NCBI GenBank assembly: GCA_046583355.1
Contig: JAYGCM010000070.1
Span: 1 to 56,682, forward strand
Length of the DNA stretch: 56,682 nucleotides
Source of the DNA: Deltaproteobacteria bacterium
GTDB taxonomy: Bacteria > Desulfobacterota > Binatia > UBA12015
Reading direction: 5' to 3'
Positions within the stretch are counted from its first letter, which is position 1; every line of letters starts with the position of its first letter. The translations under genes were made by a program, and so were the position numbers. Below are positions 35,682 through 48,081 of the stretch, piece after piece. The notes under the pieces are model-generated. The model did no database searches, was not told where the DNA came from, and was given only the letters and a program-made list of their open reading frames with translations.

Positions 35682-37093
35682 GCAAACCGGGAACCGAGAC
35701 CATCGCCCTACCCGACGCCAGCGCGCCGGTAGCCGCGCCCGCCGCGGCCCAGCCCAGCACGGTCGACACGGCCATGACGCCACGCGAGACCGTCTCGGAA
35801 CTCGACCGCTATATCGTCGGCCAAAACGCCGCCAAGCGCGCCGTCGCCATTGCGCTGCGCAACCGCTGGCGCCGCCAGCAGGTCGGCACCGATATGCGTG
35901 ACGAGATCACGCCGAAGAATATCATCCTGATCGGCCCCACGGGCGTCGGTAAAACCGAAATCTCGCGCCGTCTCGCCAAGCTCGCCCAAGCCCCCTTCCT
36001 CAAAGTCGAGGCCTCCAAGTTCACCGAGGTCGGCTACGTGGGCCGTGATGTCGAGTCGTTGGTGCGCGACCTGGTCGAAATCGGCATCACCATGGTGCGC
36101 CAGGAAGAACGCGAGCGCGTCGCCGTGCGCGCCCGCGAGGCCGCCGAAGAACGGGTGCTCGACGCCCTATTGCCCAATAGCAAGGCCGGGTTTGAGACCG
36201 GCACCACCGATCTGAACTCCACCCGCGAGAAGCTCCGCCGCCAACTGCGCGAGGGCAATCTCGACGACCGCATCATCGAGATCGAGGTCACGGAACAGAC
36301 CTCGCCGGGCATCGAAATCATGACCCCCCAGGGCATGGAAGAGATCGGCTTCAACATCAAAGAGATGTTCGCGAATCTGGTGCCGCAGAAGACCAAATCT
36401 CGCAAGCTTAAAGTTCCGGAAGCTCTCGACCTGCTCGAGCAGGAAGAAGCCGCACGCCTGGTCGATATGGATACCGTGAAGACCGAAGCCGTGGCACGCG
36501 TCGAGGCCTGCGGTATCGTCTTTCTTGACGAGATCGACAAAATCGCGGCACGCGCGCAGACGGGCGCGGCCGATATCTCGCGCGAAGGCGTACAACGCGA
36601 CCTGCTGCCGATTGTCGAAGGCTCCACCGTAAACACCAAATATGGCCCGGTAAAGACCGACCATATTCTCTTCATCGCCGCCGGGGCTTTCCACGTCGCG
36701 AAACCCTCGGATCTGATCCCCGAGTTCCAGGGCCGTTTCCCCATACGAGTCGAACTCGAGGCGCTGACGCAGGAGGATCTCGAGCGTATTCTGCGCGAGC
36801 CGCAAAACGCCCTGACCCGCCAATACGCAGCCCTGCTCGAGACCGAAGGCGTGACGCTTGAGTTCAGCGACGAGTCCATCACCGAGATCGCGCGGATCGC
36901 CGCCCAGGTAAACGAGCGCACGGAGAATATCGGCGCGCGTCGCCTGCATACGATCCTCGAGCGCCTCCTCGACACATTGATGTTCGAGGCTCCGGACCGC
37001 GGCGGTGAGACGGTCCATATCACGGCCGAGCAGGTCCGCGCCGAGCTCGACCCCATTCTGATCGACGAAGACCTGTCGCGTTTCATATTATAG
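35678..37093 (+). CDS. hslU: ATP-dependent protease ATPase subunit HslU
   Basis: [40 protein letters not shown]. Confidence 0.96.
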   Translation: MSKPGTETIALPDASAPVAAPAAAQPSTVDTAMTPRETVSELDRYIVGQNAAKRAVAIALRNRWRRQQVGTDMRDEITPKNIILIGPTGVGKTEISRRLAKLAQAPFLKVEASKFTEVGYVGRDVESLVRDLVEIGITMVRQEERERVAVRAREAAEERVLDALLPNSKAGFETGTTDLNSTREKLRRQLREGNLDDRIIEIEVTEQTSPGIEIMTPQGMEEIGFNIKEMFANLVPQKTKSRKLKVPEALDLLEQEEAARLVDMDTVKTEAVARVEACGIVFLDEIDKIAARAQTGAADISREGVQRDLLPIVEGSTVNTKYGPVKTDHILFIAAGAFHVAKPSDLIPEFQGRFPIRVELEALTQEDLERILREPQNALTRQYAALLETEGVTLEFSDESITEIARIAAQVNERTENIGARRLHTILERLLDTLMFEAPDRGGETVHITAEQVRAELDPILIDEDLSRFIL

Positions 37094-37170
37094 CGCCCCG
37101 TCCACTGGCGTTGAAACCATTTGCGCCTTCGTTCGTTGCGTTTCCGCCAGGCGTTGCGTAATTCCGACAG

Positions 37171-38055
37171 GTGGACCAGGCAAGCCAGATCCAACACGCC
37201 GAGATCCTTCTCGAAGCGCTGCCCTATATACGGCGCTTCGCGGGGAAAACGGTTGTCGTCAAATACGGCGGTAACGCCATGGTCGACGAGGACCTCAAGC
37301 AGGCCTTCGCGCAGGATATCGTCCTGCTCAAATACGTCGGCATGAACCCGGTGGTGGTGCACGGAGGTGGCCCGCAGATCAACCAACTGCTGGCGGATCT
37401 CAATATCGAGTCGCGTTTCGTCCGCGGTATGCGGGTTACGGATGCCGCCACCATGCGGGTTGTCGATATGGTTCTGGCCGGTCAGATCAACGGCGAAATC
37501 GTCACCAATATCCAGCGAGCCGGCGGCAAGGCCGTCGGGTTCTCGGGCAAAGACGGTGGCCTGCTTGAGGGTAAACGTCTCGACTCCGAAGGTGGAGATC
37601 TCGGCCACGCCGGCCAGGTCGTCTCGGTCGACCCCGGCATCATTCGAGCGATGGAGCGCGATGGCTTCATTCCTGTGATCGCTCCGGTCGGCGCGAGCAA
37701 GGAAGGCGAGAGCCTGAACATCAACGCGGATATCGCGGCGGGAAAAATCGCCGAGGCCCTGGGCGCTGAGAAATTCCTTCTCCTGACCGACGTGGCAGGC
37801 ATCCTCGACGACGCCAAGAAGCTGATCCCCAGCCTCGACGCCGTCCAAGCGCAGAAACTGATTGACGACGGCACGGTCGAAGGCGGCATGATCCCCAAAG
37901 TCTCCTGCTGCCTGGAGGCGCTCGCCGGCGGCGTGCGCCAAGTGCATATAATCGACGGACGGCAGCGCCACGCCGTGCTCCTGGAACTCTTCACCGACAC
38001 AGGCGTCGGCACCGAGGTGCACCGGCCCGGCACGACACCGAGAAAGCTCCCATGA
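37171..38055 (+). CDS. argB: Acetylglutamate kinase
   Basis: KYGGNAM, VHGGG, RVTD, NINAD, GGMIPK. Confidence 0.95.
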   Translation: MDQASQIQHAEILLEALPYIRRFAGKTVVVKYGGNAMVDEDLKQAFAQDIVLLKYVGMNPVVVHGGGPQINQLLADLNIESRFVRGMRVTDAATMRVVDMVLAGQINGEIVTNIQRAGGKAVGFSGKDGGLLEGKRLDSEGGDLGHAGQVVSVDPGIIRAMERDGFIPVIAPVGASKEGESLNINADIAAGKIAEALGAEKFLLLTDVAGILDDAKKLIPSLDAVQAQKLIDDGTVEGGMIPKVSCCLEALAGGVRQVHIIDGRQRHAVLLELFTDTGVGTEVHRPGTTPRKLP

Positions 38056-39257
38056 GCACCGCAACCACCCAGACTGCGGATCTCATCGAGCGCAACAGCA
38101 AAAATATGATTCCGGTCTACGGACGCACGGACATCGTCTTCGTCCAAGGCGCAGGCTGCGTGCTGCATGACGCCGAGGGCCGCCGGGTGCTCGACTTCTT
38201 CTCAAGCATCCTCTGTACGAACCTCGGCCATTGCCACCCGGCCGTCACCGCGGCGATCACCCACCAGGCAGCCAAGCTCGTCCACGTCTCCAACCTGCAC
38301 CATAGCGAGCCGCAGGCCCGGCTCGCCGAGTTGCTGGTCGCCCACTCCTTTGCCGAGAAGATCTTCCTCTGCAATAGCGGCGCCGAGGCCAACGAAGCTG
38401 CGATCAAACTCGCGCGGCGGCGCGGCAATGCCAGCGGCGGCCGCTTTGAAATCCTGACTACGCTGGGCTCGTTCCATGGCCGCACCATGGCGACCATTGC
38501 CGCCACAGGCCAGGAAAAAATCCGGGTCGGCTACGAACCCAACCTCCAAGGCTTCCGCTACGTGCCCTTCGGCGACCTCGACGCGATGCGTGCTGCCGTA
38601 GGTCCGACCACCGGCGCCATCCTGGTCGAACCGATCCAGGGCGAAGGCGGCGTGATCGTGCCGCCGGCGGATTATTTGCCGGGGCTACGCGAACTCTGCG
38701 ATGACGAAGACCTCTTGCTGATCTTCGACGAAATCCAGACCGGCTGCGGCCGGACCGGCACCCTCTTTGCCTATGAATCCATGCATGCCGTGCCCGATGT
38801 GATGACGCTGGCCAAGGGCATCGCCAACGGCCTGCCAGTCGGTGCCCTCTGCGTCGGCCCGCGCGCCGCCGAGGCCTTCGACCAGGGCTCACATGGCTCG
38901 ACCTTCGGCGGCAATTGCGTGACCAACGCCGCGGCCGTCGCCACTCTGGAAATCCTGCTCGACGGCGCCACCTTACCGCGGGCACGCCTGGCCGCACAGC
39001 GGCTGCGCGCCGGACTCGAGGCTTTGGCGAAACGACACCCCAAGCTGGTCACCGAGGTGCGCGGCCGCGGCCTGCTCCTCGGCATGCAACTCGAAGGCGC
39101 CGACACCGCCCGCGCCATCGCCGAGCGCGCCTTGGCGGCTGGCCTGCTCATCAACGTGACCGGCCAAGGCGTGCTGCGCATCGCCCCGCCGCTGATCATT
39201 TCGGACAAAGAGATCGACGAAGGCCTGGACCTTCTCGAAGGAGCCTTCCCGCAATGA
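38052..39257 (+). CDS. argD: Acetylornithine aminotransferase
   Basis: NSGAEANEAAIK, FHGRT, EPIQGEGG, DEIQTG.GRTG, AKG, HGSTFGGN. Confidence 0.92.
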   Translation: MSTATTQTADLIERNSKNMIPVYGRTDIVFVQGAGCVLHDAEGRRVLDFFSSILCTNLGHCHPAVTAAITHQAAKLVHVSNLHHSEPQARLAELLVAHSFAEKIFLCNSGAEANEAAIKLARRRGNASGGRFEILTTLGSFHGRTMATIAATGQEKIRVGYEPNLQGFRYVPFGDLDAMRAAVGPTTGAILVEPIQGEGGVIVPPADYLPGLRELCDDEDLLLIFDEIQTGCGRTGTLFAYESMHAVPDVMTLAKGIANGLPVGALCVGPRAAEAFDQGSHGSTFGGNCVTNAAAVATLEILLDGATLPRARLAAQRLRAGLEALAKRHPKLVTEVRGRGLLLGMQLEGADTARAIAERALAAGLLINVTGQGVLRIAPPLIISDKEIDEGLDLLEGAFPQ

Positions 39258-40197
39258 AGAAAGATTTTGTATCGCTCGCGGATACCTCGCGGGCGGAAGT
39301 CGAGGAGATGCTCGCGCGCGCCGCGAGCCTCAAGGCCGACCTGCACGCGGGCAAACAAACCCGCCCATTGATCGGCAAGACCCTGGCCATGATCTTCGAG
39401 AAACCCAGCCTGCGCACCCGCGTCACCTTCGAGACCGGCATCAAACAATTGGGTGGTGCATCGGTTTATCTGGCGCCCGACGATATTCAATTGGGGGCGC
39501 GCGAGAGCGTGAGTGATATCGCGCGCAACCTATCGCGCTGGGTCGACCTCATCATGGCGCGGACGTTCTCGCATGGCGCAATGCTGGAGCTTGCCGAGGC
39601 GGCCAGCATTCCCGTTATCAACGGACTCACCGATCGGGTGCATCCGTGCCAGATGATGGCCGATGCGCAGACCCTCCAGGAGCATTTCGGTCGCCTCGAC
39701 GGCCTGAAGGTCGCCTTCATCGGCGATGGCAATAATGTCGTGAACTCGTGGCTGAATTTCGCTGCCCTCTTTGCGATCGACTTCCGTCTCGCCTGCCCGC
39801 CCGGCTATGAACCCACACCCGAAGTGCTCGAACGTGCGCAGCGCCTCACGCCGGGGCGCATCGAGATCACGCACGACCCCAAGGCGGCGGCCGAGGGCGT
39901 CGATGCCGTCTACACCGATGTCTGGACCAGCATGGGCCAGGAGGCCGAGGCCCAGCCCCGGCGCTCGGCCTTCTCTGGCTACCAGGTCAACGCCGAATTG
40001 ATGGCCTGCGCCGCGCCCGAAGCGCTGGTCATGCATTGCCTGCCCGCACACCGCGGCGAAGAGATCTCGGCCGAGGTCGTGGACGGCCCGCATTCCGTCG
40101 TCTTTGATCAGGCCGAAAATAGGCTCCACGCGCAGAAAGCCATCCTGTGCTGGCTACACGAGAGCATGGACACGAATACGGGAAGAAACGCATCCTC

Positions 40198-40201
<4 letters not shown>
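39254..40201 (+). CDS. argF: Ornithine carbamoyltransferase
   Basis: [24 protein letters not shown]; start ATG 39254. Confidence 0.95.
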
Positions 40202-41405
<1,204 letters not shown>

Positions 41406-41409
<4 letters not shown>

Positions 41410-42827
41410 AGAAAAACAAAAAAAGCGGCGAGAAAGCGTGGGGCGGCCGCTTCACCGAACCCACCGACCCGTTGGTCGAGGCCTTCACCTGCAGCCTGCC
41501 CTCGGACCTACGCATGGCCGCCCACGATATCCGTGGCTCGATCGCACACACCAATGCTCTGGAGCGCCGCAAGCTGCTCTCGGCCCGTGAAGCCGGCCAG
41601 ATCCGCGCGGGCTTGCGCAAGGTAGGCAAGGAGATCGCCGCGGGCCGCTTCCGCGTAAAACCCGAGGACGAAGACGTCCATATGGCCGTCGAACGGCGCC
41701 TCACAGAACTGGTCGGTCCGGTCGGCGGCAAGGTCCATACCGGACGCAGCCGCAACGACCAGGTCGCCACCGATTTCCGCCTCTGGCTGCGCGACGAAAT
41801 CGACGCCACATTGAGCTCCGTCGACGATATGATCCGCGGACTCACCACCCGCGCACGCAAGGACCTCGAGGTCGTCATACCCGGCTATACCCATCTGCAA
41901 CGCGCCCAGCCGGTTCTGCTCTCGCACCATTGGCTCGCCTACGTCGAGATGCTTCTGCGCGACCGCGGCCGTCTCCAGGATTGCCGCCGCCGCTTGAATG
42001 TACTGCCGCTCGGCGCCGGCGCGCTGGCCGGGGCCGGCTTTCCGCTTGACCGCGAGCGCGTGGCCCGCGAACTCGGCTTCGACTCGGTCAGTGCCAACTC
42101 GCTCGACGCCGTCTCGGACCGCGATTTCGCCGTCGAATACCTCGCCGCCGCCTCGTTGATCGCCGTGCATCTCTCGCGCCTCTGCGAAGAGATCGTTCTG
42201 TGGTCATCTCAGGAATTCGACTTCATCGAGCTACCCGACGCATTTGCCACCGGCAGCTCGATGATGCCGCAGAAGAAAAACCCCGACGTCGCCGAACTCA
42301 TCCGCGGCCGCAGCGGCCGGATCATCGGCTCCTTGCAGGCACTCCTCATCACCCTCAAGGGCCTGCCGCTGGCCTACAACCGCGATCTCCAGGAGGACAA
42401 GCCGCCCGTCTTTGATACGGCCGACCTGCTGCGCCCCGCGCTCGATATCCTGGCAAAAATGCTGCCGCGCCTGCGCACCAACGACGAAAAAATGGCCGAC
42501 GCCGCCGGCGGCTTCGCGCTGGCTACCGAGCTGGCCGATTACCTGGTCGAAAAAGGCATGCCCTTCCGTGAGGCGCATGGCGTGATCGGTCGGATCATCG
42601 GCTTCTGCGTCCTGGAAAAGCGTAGCCTTGAGACCCTGAGCGGCGCCGAATTGGCCGGATTCTCGCCGCTCTTGGGCAGCCCGGCACGCAAACGCCTGCG
42701 CATCGAGAGCGCGCTTTCACGCCGTCGCCTGACCGGCGGCACGGCGCTCGAAAATGTCGTGAAACGCCTGCGCGAACTCGAGGAAGACGGCCTCGCCCCG
42801 CTCGCGGCAAAGCGGCGCGGCCGGTGA
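41406..42827 (+). CDS. argH: Argininosuccinate lyase
   Basis: [34 protein letters not shown]. Confidence 0.96.
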
Positions 42828-43291
42828 TCGCCACGCCAAGCATGCCCCGGCTGCGTCTCGCCCTGGCGCTCGGCTTGGCCGTGCTGGCTCTGGCACCCGG
42901 CTGCGGCCGGCGCGGTACCCTGCGCCCGCCGCAATTCGTCTCGCCCCGCCCGGTCAGCGACCTCGAAGTCCGCAGCGTTCCAGGCGGCTTGGAGATCCGC
43001 TTTCGCCGCCCTGACCGCACAGTCGATGGCCACGATATGTCGGATCTGGGCTTCCTCGAACTCTGGCGCTCCTGCGAACCCCGCCCCGACATGTTGCAGG
43101 TCGCAAACTTCCCCATCGTCAACCGCGGCTCGTTTCGCAAAAACACCCGCATCACGATTCACGACGACGCCCCCGGCATCGGCGAAGCCTGTATCTACCG
43201 CGTAATCGCCGTCACCACCGACGGCTACCGCAGCCTCCCCGCGCAAAGCGAACCAGTCCGCCGCGAAGCAGCCGCGGTCGCCGTGCCTTAA
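42824..43291 (+). CDS. Hypothetical lipoprotein (FN3-like beta domain)
   Basis: Lipobox LAPGC then GRRG...PP; YRV.AV...G..S..S motif; follows argH. Confidence 0.65.
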   Translation: MIATPSMPRLRLALALGLAVLALAPGCGRRGTLRPPQFVSPRPVSDLEVRSVPGGLEIRFRRPDRTVDGHDMSDLGFLELWRSCEPRPDMLQVANFPIVNRGSFRKNTRITIHDDAPGIGEACIYRVIAVTTDGYRSLPAQSEPVRREAAAVAVP

Positions 43292-43423
43292 GCGTCACTC
43301 CGAAATCCCGCACTGCGGAGCAAGGAGCGGCCGCCGCGAAGCTCCCGATGAAGTCAAACAATATACCGAGATCGCCGAGCCGCCTCGGCCGATATCAACC
43401 CGCCCCCTGTCCTTGCGTTCCGG

Positions 43424-44707
43424 CTAAATGCTCTCTTGGCATTCCAGGGCGAGAATATCCTCGAGCGTCTCACGGCGCTGGACGATCGTCGCCTTGCCTC
43501 CGTCGAGCCAGACCTGGGGCGCGCGGCCGAGCGAGTTGTAGTTCGACGCCAACACGGTGCCGTAGGCGCCGGCGTCATGCAGGACGAGGAAATCTCCGGC
43601 AGCCGGGGTCGGCAGGAGACGTGGCTCGATCAACTCTTCCGCGTCGCGGGTAAAGAGGTCGCCCGACTCACACAGCGGGCCGGCAACCGCGAAGGGGCGC
43701 TCCTCGCCCAGGGCGCGGCCGACAACCGAGATGCGGTGGTGGGCGCCGTACATCGCGGGGCGCACGAGGTCGCAAAAACCGGCATCGACCATGAGGAAAT
43801 CATAGCCTTCGCCCTTGGCGTTGGTCCGGGTCTGCTTGCGGTCGGTGATGCGTGAGACCACGACACCGCATGAGGCGACGAAGAAGCGCCCGGGCTCTAC
43901 CTCCACCCGGATGCTGCGCCCGGCCAACTGCGAGAAGCGCGGCTGGGCGGCCCGTAGAATCCGCCCGAGGCCGGCCAGGTCGGCTACGGTATCCGCTGTG
44001 CGATAATCGTGCGGAAAGCCACCGCCGAGGTTCACGGCCTCAAGCGCCGGGAAGCGCCCTACCATCTCGGCGAAGAAACCGGCCAGGCGCTCCAGGTTCT
44101 CTTCGAGCTCGGCGATCTGCGGGCCGCTGCCGACGTGCGCATGCAGGAGCACGACGGAAACCTGGGCCGCGCGTGCGGCCTCGGCCATGGCGTCCAGATC
44201 GTCGATCCAGATGCCATGCTTCGAGCTTGGGCCGCCGGTATCGCAGGCGGCTACATGGCCGTGCCCAAATCCGGGATTGACACGAATGCCGATGGGGCCG
44301 CGGTAGCCGGCCTCTACCAACTCGGCGAGCTGGCCCGGCGAGCCGATATTCGGCAACACGGCCTCTTGGCCCACCACGGCGAGCGCGTTGTCGCGAAAGA
44401 CATCGGCCGTGAGCATCACCTCGGGTGGGTTCGCGCCCATGGCAAAGCCGCTGCGACCGGCGCGCAGCACCTCATTGCCGGACACGGCATCGATCCAGAT
44501 CCCGCCGCGGCGCATCTCGTCCAGAACCGGGCGCAGCGAGAGCGCCTTCATCGCGTAGCGGGCCTGCAGGCCCTCGGCGTCAGTCAGCGTGCGAATGCGC
44601 TCGATCCGGTCGCGCAGAACGGCAGCATCGTAGAGGAAAAACGGCGTCCCGACGCGCGCAGCGATGCGCTCGAGGAGTTCCAGGTCGGCAAAAGGGTTGT
44701 CAGCCAT
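43424..44707 (-). CDS. lysA: Diaminopimelate decarboxylase (E. coli-type)
   Basis: YAMKA, RVNPGFGHGH, SKHGI, H.HVGS, EPGR, RPAMYG, GPLCESGD, GAYG...SNYN. Confidence 0.92.
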   Translation of the reverse strand: MADNPFADLELLERIAARVGTPFFLYDAAVLRDRIERIRTLTDAEGLQARYAMKALSLRPVLDEMRRGGIWIDAVSGNEVLRAGRSGFAMGANPPEVMLTADVFRDNALAVVGQEAVLPNIGSPGQLAELVEAGYRGPIGIRVNPGFGHGHVAACDTGGPSSKHGIWIDDLDAMAEAARAAQVSVVLLHAHVGSGPQIAELEENLERLAGFFAEMVGRFPALEAVNLGGGFPHDYRTADTVADLAGLGRILRAAQPRFSQLAGRSIRVEVEPGRFFVASCGVVVSRITDRKQTRTNAKGEGYDFLMVDAGFCDLVRPAMYGAHHRISVVGRALGEERPFAVAGPLCESGDLFTRDAEELIEPRLLPTPAAGDFLVLHDAGAYGTVLASNYNSLGRAPQVWLDGGKATIVQRRETLEDILALECQESI

Positions 44708-44828
44708 CCCCCCATGTTAACGAGCCATAGCCCCCGGCGTAAAGGCGCTTCCACGAACATCGTAAGTGCAGCCTGATCGCGGATGTGCCCAGGTCGCATC
44801 GCGTGCTAGAAATTCGGGCCAAGACGCC

Positions 44829-45674
44829 ATGCTGCTGCCCTTCACCAAGATGCACGGAATCGGCAACGATTACGTCTATATCAACACCTTCGCGACCCAG
44901 GTCGACGACGCGGCGGCGGTTGCGCGTGCGGTCGCGCCGCGCCATACGGGCATTGGCTCGGACGGCCTGATTCTCATCGCTCCCTCGGACGTCGCCGACG
45001 TGCGCATGGAGATGTACAACGCCGACGGCAGCCGCGGCGAGATGTGCGGCAACGGCATCCGCTGCGTCGGGAAATTCGCCCGCGACCGCGGACTGGCCCA
45101 GGGCGACGCAATGACGGTCGAAACCGATGCCGGCATCAAGCAACTGCGCTTCGAGTACCAGGGCGGCTTGGTCGAGCGCGTCATTGTAGATATGGGCGCG
45201 CCCGCGCTGGAGCCCGCCGAGGTCCCGCTTGCCAGCGACGAACGTATGGTCGATCGCGCCCTGCGCGTCGATGGCGAGGACTATCGCATCACCTGTGTCT
45301 CCATGGGCAACCCGCATTGCGTGCTCTTTGTCCCCGCAACCAGCTCCGCCGATGTCCACGGACTCGGCCGCAAGATTGAAACACACGACCTCTTTCCCCA
45401 AGGCGTCAATGTCGAGTTCGTCGAGGTATTGGGCGAGGCACCGAGCGCACGTCTGCGCATGCGGGTCTGGGAGCGCGGCTCGGGCGAGACCCATGCCTGC
45501 GGCACTGGCGCTTGCGCTGCCGCGGTTGCCGCCGTGCTGACGGGCCGCGGCCAGCGCCGCGTCGTCATCGAACTCCTGGGCGGCGACCTTGAGATCGAAT
45601 GGCGCGAAAGCGACAACCATATCCTGATGACCGGCGGAGCGACCGAGGTCTTCTCCGGAGAGATTGAATTATGA
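44829..45674 (+). CDS. dapF: Diaminopimelate epimerase
   Basis: KMHG.GND, MCGNG.RC, MGNPH, ERGSGET.ACGTG. Confidence 0.95.
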   Translation: MLLPFTKMHGIGNDYVYINTFATQVDDAAAVARAVAPRHTGIGSDGLILIAPSDVADVRMEMYNADGSRGEMCGNGIRCVGKFARDRGLAQGDAMTVETDAGIKQLRFEYQGGLVERVIVDMGAPALEPAEVPLASDERMVDRALRVDGEDYRITCVSMGNPHCVLFVPATSSADVHGLGRKIETHDLFPQGVNVEFVEVLGEAPSARLRMRVWERGSGETHACGTGACAAAVAAVLTGRGQRRVVIELLGGDLEIEWRESDNHILMTGGATEVFSGEIEL

Positions 45675-46579
45675 GCAATACAAAATGCCCTTTCACCGGC
45701 TCCATGGTCGCGGTCATAACGCCCTTCCTTGACGGCCGCGTCGACTTCAAAGCCCTCGACACTCTGGTCGAACGACAAATCCAAGGCGGCCAGACCGCCA
45801 TCGTTCCCTGCGGTTCGACCGGCGAAGCGGCGACGCTTTCGCACGAAGAGCATTCCGAGGTCATCCGCGCCGTGGTGGCTACCGCAGCAGGCCGCGTACC
45901 GGTGATTGCGGGTACGGGTTCGAACTCCACGGCCGAAGCCATCCAACTCACCAAGGGTGCGGAAGCTGCCGGTGCCGCCGGCGCGCTGCTGATCTCTCCT
46001 TATTATGTGAAGCCGACGCAGGACGGGATCTACGCACATTATCGCGCGGTTGCCGAAGCGGTTTCCCTTCCCCTCATCACCTACAATATTCCTGGACGCA
46101 CGGGCTCGACCATTGCGACCTCGACGCTCTCGCGCCTGGCCGATATCGACAATATCGTCGCGGTGAAAGATGCCACTGGCTCGCTCGATCGTGTGATGGA
46201 CCTGGTTGCCATCTGCGGCGACCGCATGGCCGTGCTCTCGGGCGATGACGCGATGACGCTGCCGATGATCGCGCTTGGCGCGAGCGGCCTGATCTCGACA
46301 TCGGCCAATGTCGCACCGGCCGAGTTGGCCGAACTGACCAACCTCGCGCTCGCCGGCAAAATGGAAGAAGCCCGCACACTGCATTACCGCCTGCTTCCGC
46401 TGATGCGCGCCCTCTTCGTCGAGACCAACCCGATCCCGGTCAAGGCCGCCGTTGCGATGCTCGGCCTCTGCCAGGACGAACTCCGTCTGCCGCTCACGCC
46501 TCTTTCGGCGGCACCACGCGCCGCACTCGCTGCCGCGATGCGCGATTTCGGTCTCGGCGTCGTCGGGGCGAGCGCGTGA
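45671..46579 (+). CDS. dapA: 4-hydroxy-tetrahydrodipicolinate synthase
   Basis: GSTGE, GSNST, YN.P.RTG, KDA, NPIPVK. Confidence 0.95.
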   Translation: MSNTKCPFTGSMVAVITPFLDGRVDFKALDTLVERQIQGGQTAIVPCGSTGEAATLSHEEHSEVIRAVVATAAGRVPVIAGTGSNSTAEAIQLTKGAEAAGAAGALLISPYYVKPTQDGIYAHYRAVAEAVSLPLITYNIPGRTGSTIATSTLSRLADIDNIVAVKDATGSLDRVMDLVAICGDRMAVLSGDDAMTLPMIALGASGLISTSANVAPAELAELTNLALAGKMEEARTLHYRLLPLMRALFVETNPIPVKAAVAMLGLCQDELRLPLTPLSAAPRAALAAAMRDFGLGVVGASA

Positions 46580-47388
46580 GCGCCCAACTCGTCATCTCCG
46601 GGGCCACCGGCCGCATGGGCCGAACGCTTCTCGGATTGGCCGCGCGCAGCAAAGAAGTCGAGGCCGTCGGCGCGCTCGAAGCGACCGGGCACGCCCAGAT
46701 CGGCCAGGACGCCGGCGTGGCTGCCGGCACGGGCCCCTGCGGCATCCAGATCAGCGACGATGCCAGCGCGACCTTGCAGGCCGGCCGGGTGCTGATCGAG
46801 TTCAGCTGGCCCGAGCCCTCACTTGAACACGCCCGGATTGCCGCCGCGCAGGGTTGCGGCGTGGTTCTGGGCACAACCGGGTTCTCGCCCGAGCAGCAGG
46901 CAGAGCTCGACCAACTCGCCACCCGCATCCCTCTTCTGCAGGCCTCCAATATGAGCGTCGGCGTGACCTTGCTCACCGAGGTCGTCGAGAGCGTCGCGCG
47001 CAAGCTCGGCACAGCTTTCGATATCGAGGTCGTCGAGACGCACCATCGCCTGAAGAAGGACGCGCCTTCGGGCACCGCCCTCACCCTGGCCGGCGCCGCC
47101 GCCAGCGGTCGCGACGCAAAACTGGCCGACCTCGGAGTGTACGGCCGCGAGGGCATGATCGGCGAGCGCAAGGACGAGGAAATCGGCGTCATGGCGCTAC
47201 GCGGCGGCGATGTCGTGGGCGACCATACGGTCTTTTTCTTCGGCACCGGCGAGCGATTGGAGTTCACCCACCGCGCCCAGAGCCGCGAGGCCTTTGCTTC
47301 AGGCGCCCTGCGCGCGGCGGCCTGGCTGGCCGGACGCGCCCCGGGCCATTATTCGATGCGTGATGTGCTGGTCGGGGCGGCATCGTAG
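46576..47388 (+). CDS. dapB: 4-hydroxy-tetrahydrodipicolinate reductase
   Basis: GATGRMG, GTTG, ETHH..KKDAPSGTA. Confidence 0.95.
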   Translation: MSAQLVISGATGRMGRTLLGLAARSKEVEAVGALEATGHAQIGQDAGVAAGTGPCGIQISDDASATLQAGRVLIEFSWPEPSLEHARIAAAQGCGVVLGTTGFSPEQQAELDQLATRIPLLQASNMSVGVTLLTEVVESVARKLGTAFDIEVVETHHRLKKDAPSGTALTLAGAAASGRDAKLADLGVYGREGMIGERKDEEIGVMALRGGDVVGDHTVFFFGTGERLEFTHRAQSREAFASGALRAAAWLAGRAPGHYSMRDVLVGAAS

Positions 47389-47540
47389 AAAATCTCTTTC
47401 TCTGGCGCGACCGTTTGGCTTTCGTCGACACTTCCGATAGTTGGAAAACGGAAGTCGAGCGGATCCCTTGGCGGCATTGGTGCCAGCCGAGGTTCGTTTC
47501 CGCCGACCGTGTTGGATGAGGCAGGAGAAGAGAGCCGCGT

Positions 47541-48038
47541 ATGCCGCATAAAGCTTTGATCGGCTTCGGGTCGAATCTCGGGGATCGACGCGCCAATATT
47601 GCGGAAGCCCTGGATAAAATCCGGGAGCTCCCCGATACGCGCATTCTGCGCAAGGCATCACTCTACGAGAGCGAGCCGCATGGCGATGCCAAGACCTGGT
47701 TCTACAATTCGGCCTGCGAGCTGGAGACCGAACTCAGCCCGCAGGATCTTCTCAAGGGCCTACTCGAGATCGAGACCAAAATGGGCCGCAGGCGCGTGAA
47801 GGGCAAGAAATTCGGCTCGCGCATCATCGACCTCGACATGCTCTTCTTTGAGAATATCGTGCTCAATGGCCGCAAGCTGAAGCTGCCGCACCCGCGCCTG
47901 ACCAAAAGACGCTTCGTGCTGCTGCCGCTGGCCGAGATCGCACCGCAGCAGAACCACCCGGAAAGCGGCCAGACCATCTCGCAACTCCTCGCCACCAGCG
48001 ACGACAACAAGAAAGTCACGCTGCTGCCTCCGCGCTGA
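47541..48038 (+). CDS. folK: 6-hydroxymethyl-7,8-dihydropterin pyrophosphokinase
   Basis: IGFGSNLG, R.IDLD, LPHP....R.FVL.PL. Confidence 0.93.
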   Translation: MPHKALIGFGSNLGDRRANIAEALDKIRELPDTRILRKASLYESEPHGDAKTWFYNSACELETELSPQDLLKGLLEIETKMGRRRVKGKKFGSRIIDLDMLFFENIVLNGRKLKLPHPRLTKRRFVLLPLAEIAPQQNHPESGQTISQLLATSDDNKKVTLLPPR

Positions 48039-48039
48039 T

Positions 48040-48065
48040 ACCGGACCGCTCGACCGGACCGCTCG
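48040..48065. repeat. 13-bp perfect tandem duplication
   Basis: ACCGGACCGCTCG twice, between convergent stops. Confidence 0.7.
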
Positions 48066-48081
48066 CTAGAGGCGCGCCACC

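Noticed and set aside
43292..44828. Degenerate inverted similarity flanking lysA (GCGTC..CCGAA..GCAC) as inversion sites
   Set aside because: Needs several gaps; not distinguishable from chance in GC-rich DNA
48040..48076. 13-bp tandem repeat plus CTAGAGGCGCG as a CRISPR or MITE remnant
   Set aside because: Two adjacent units with no spacer; the 11-bp match to the element end is too short to support
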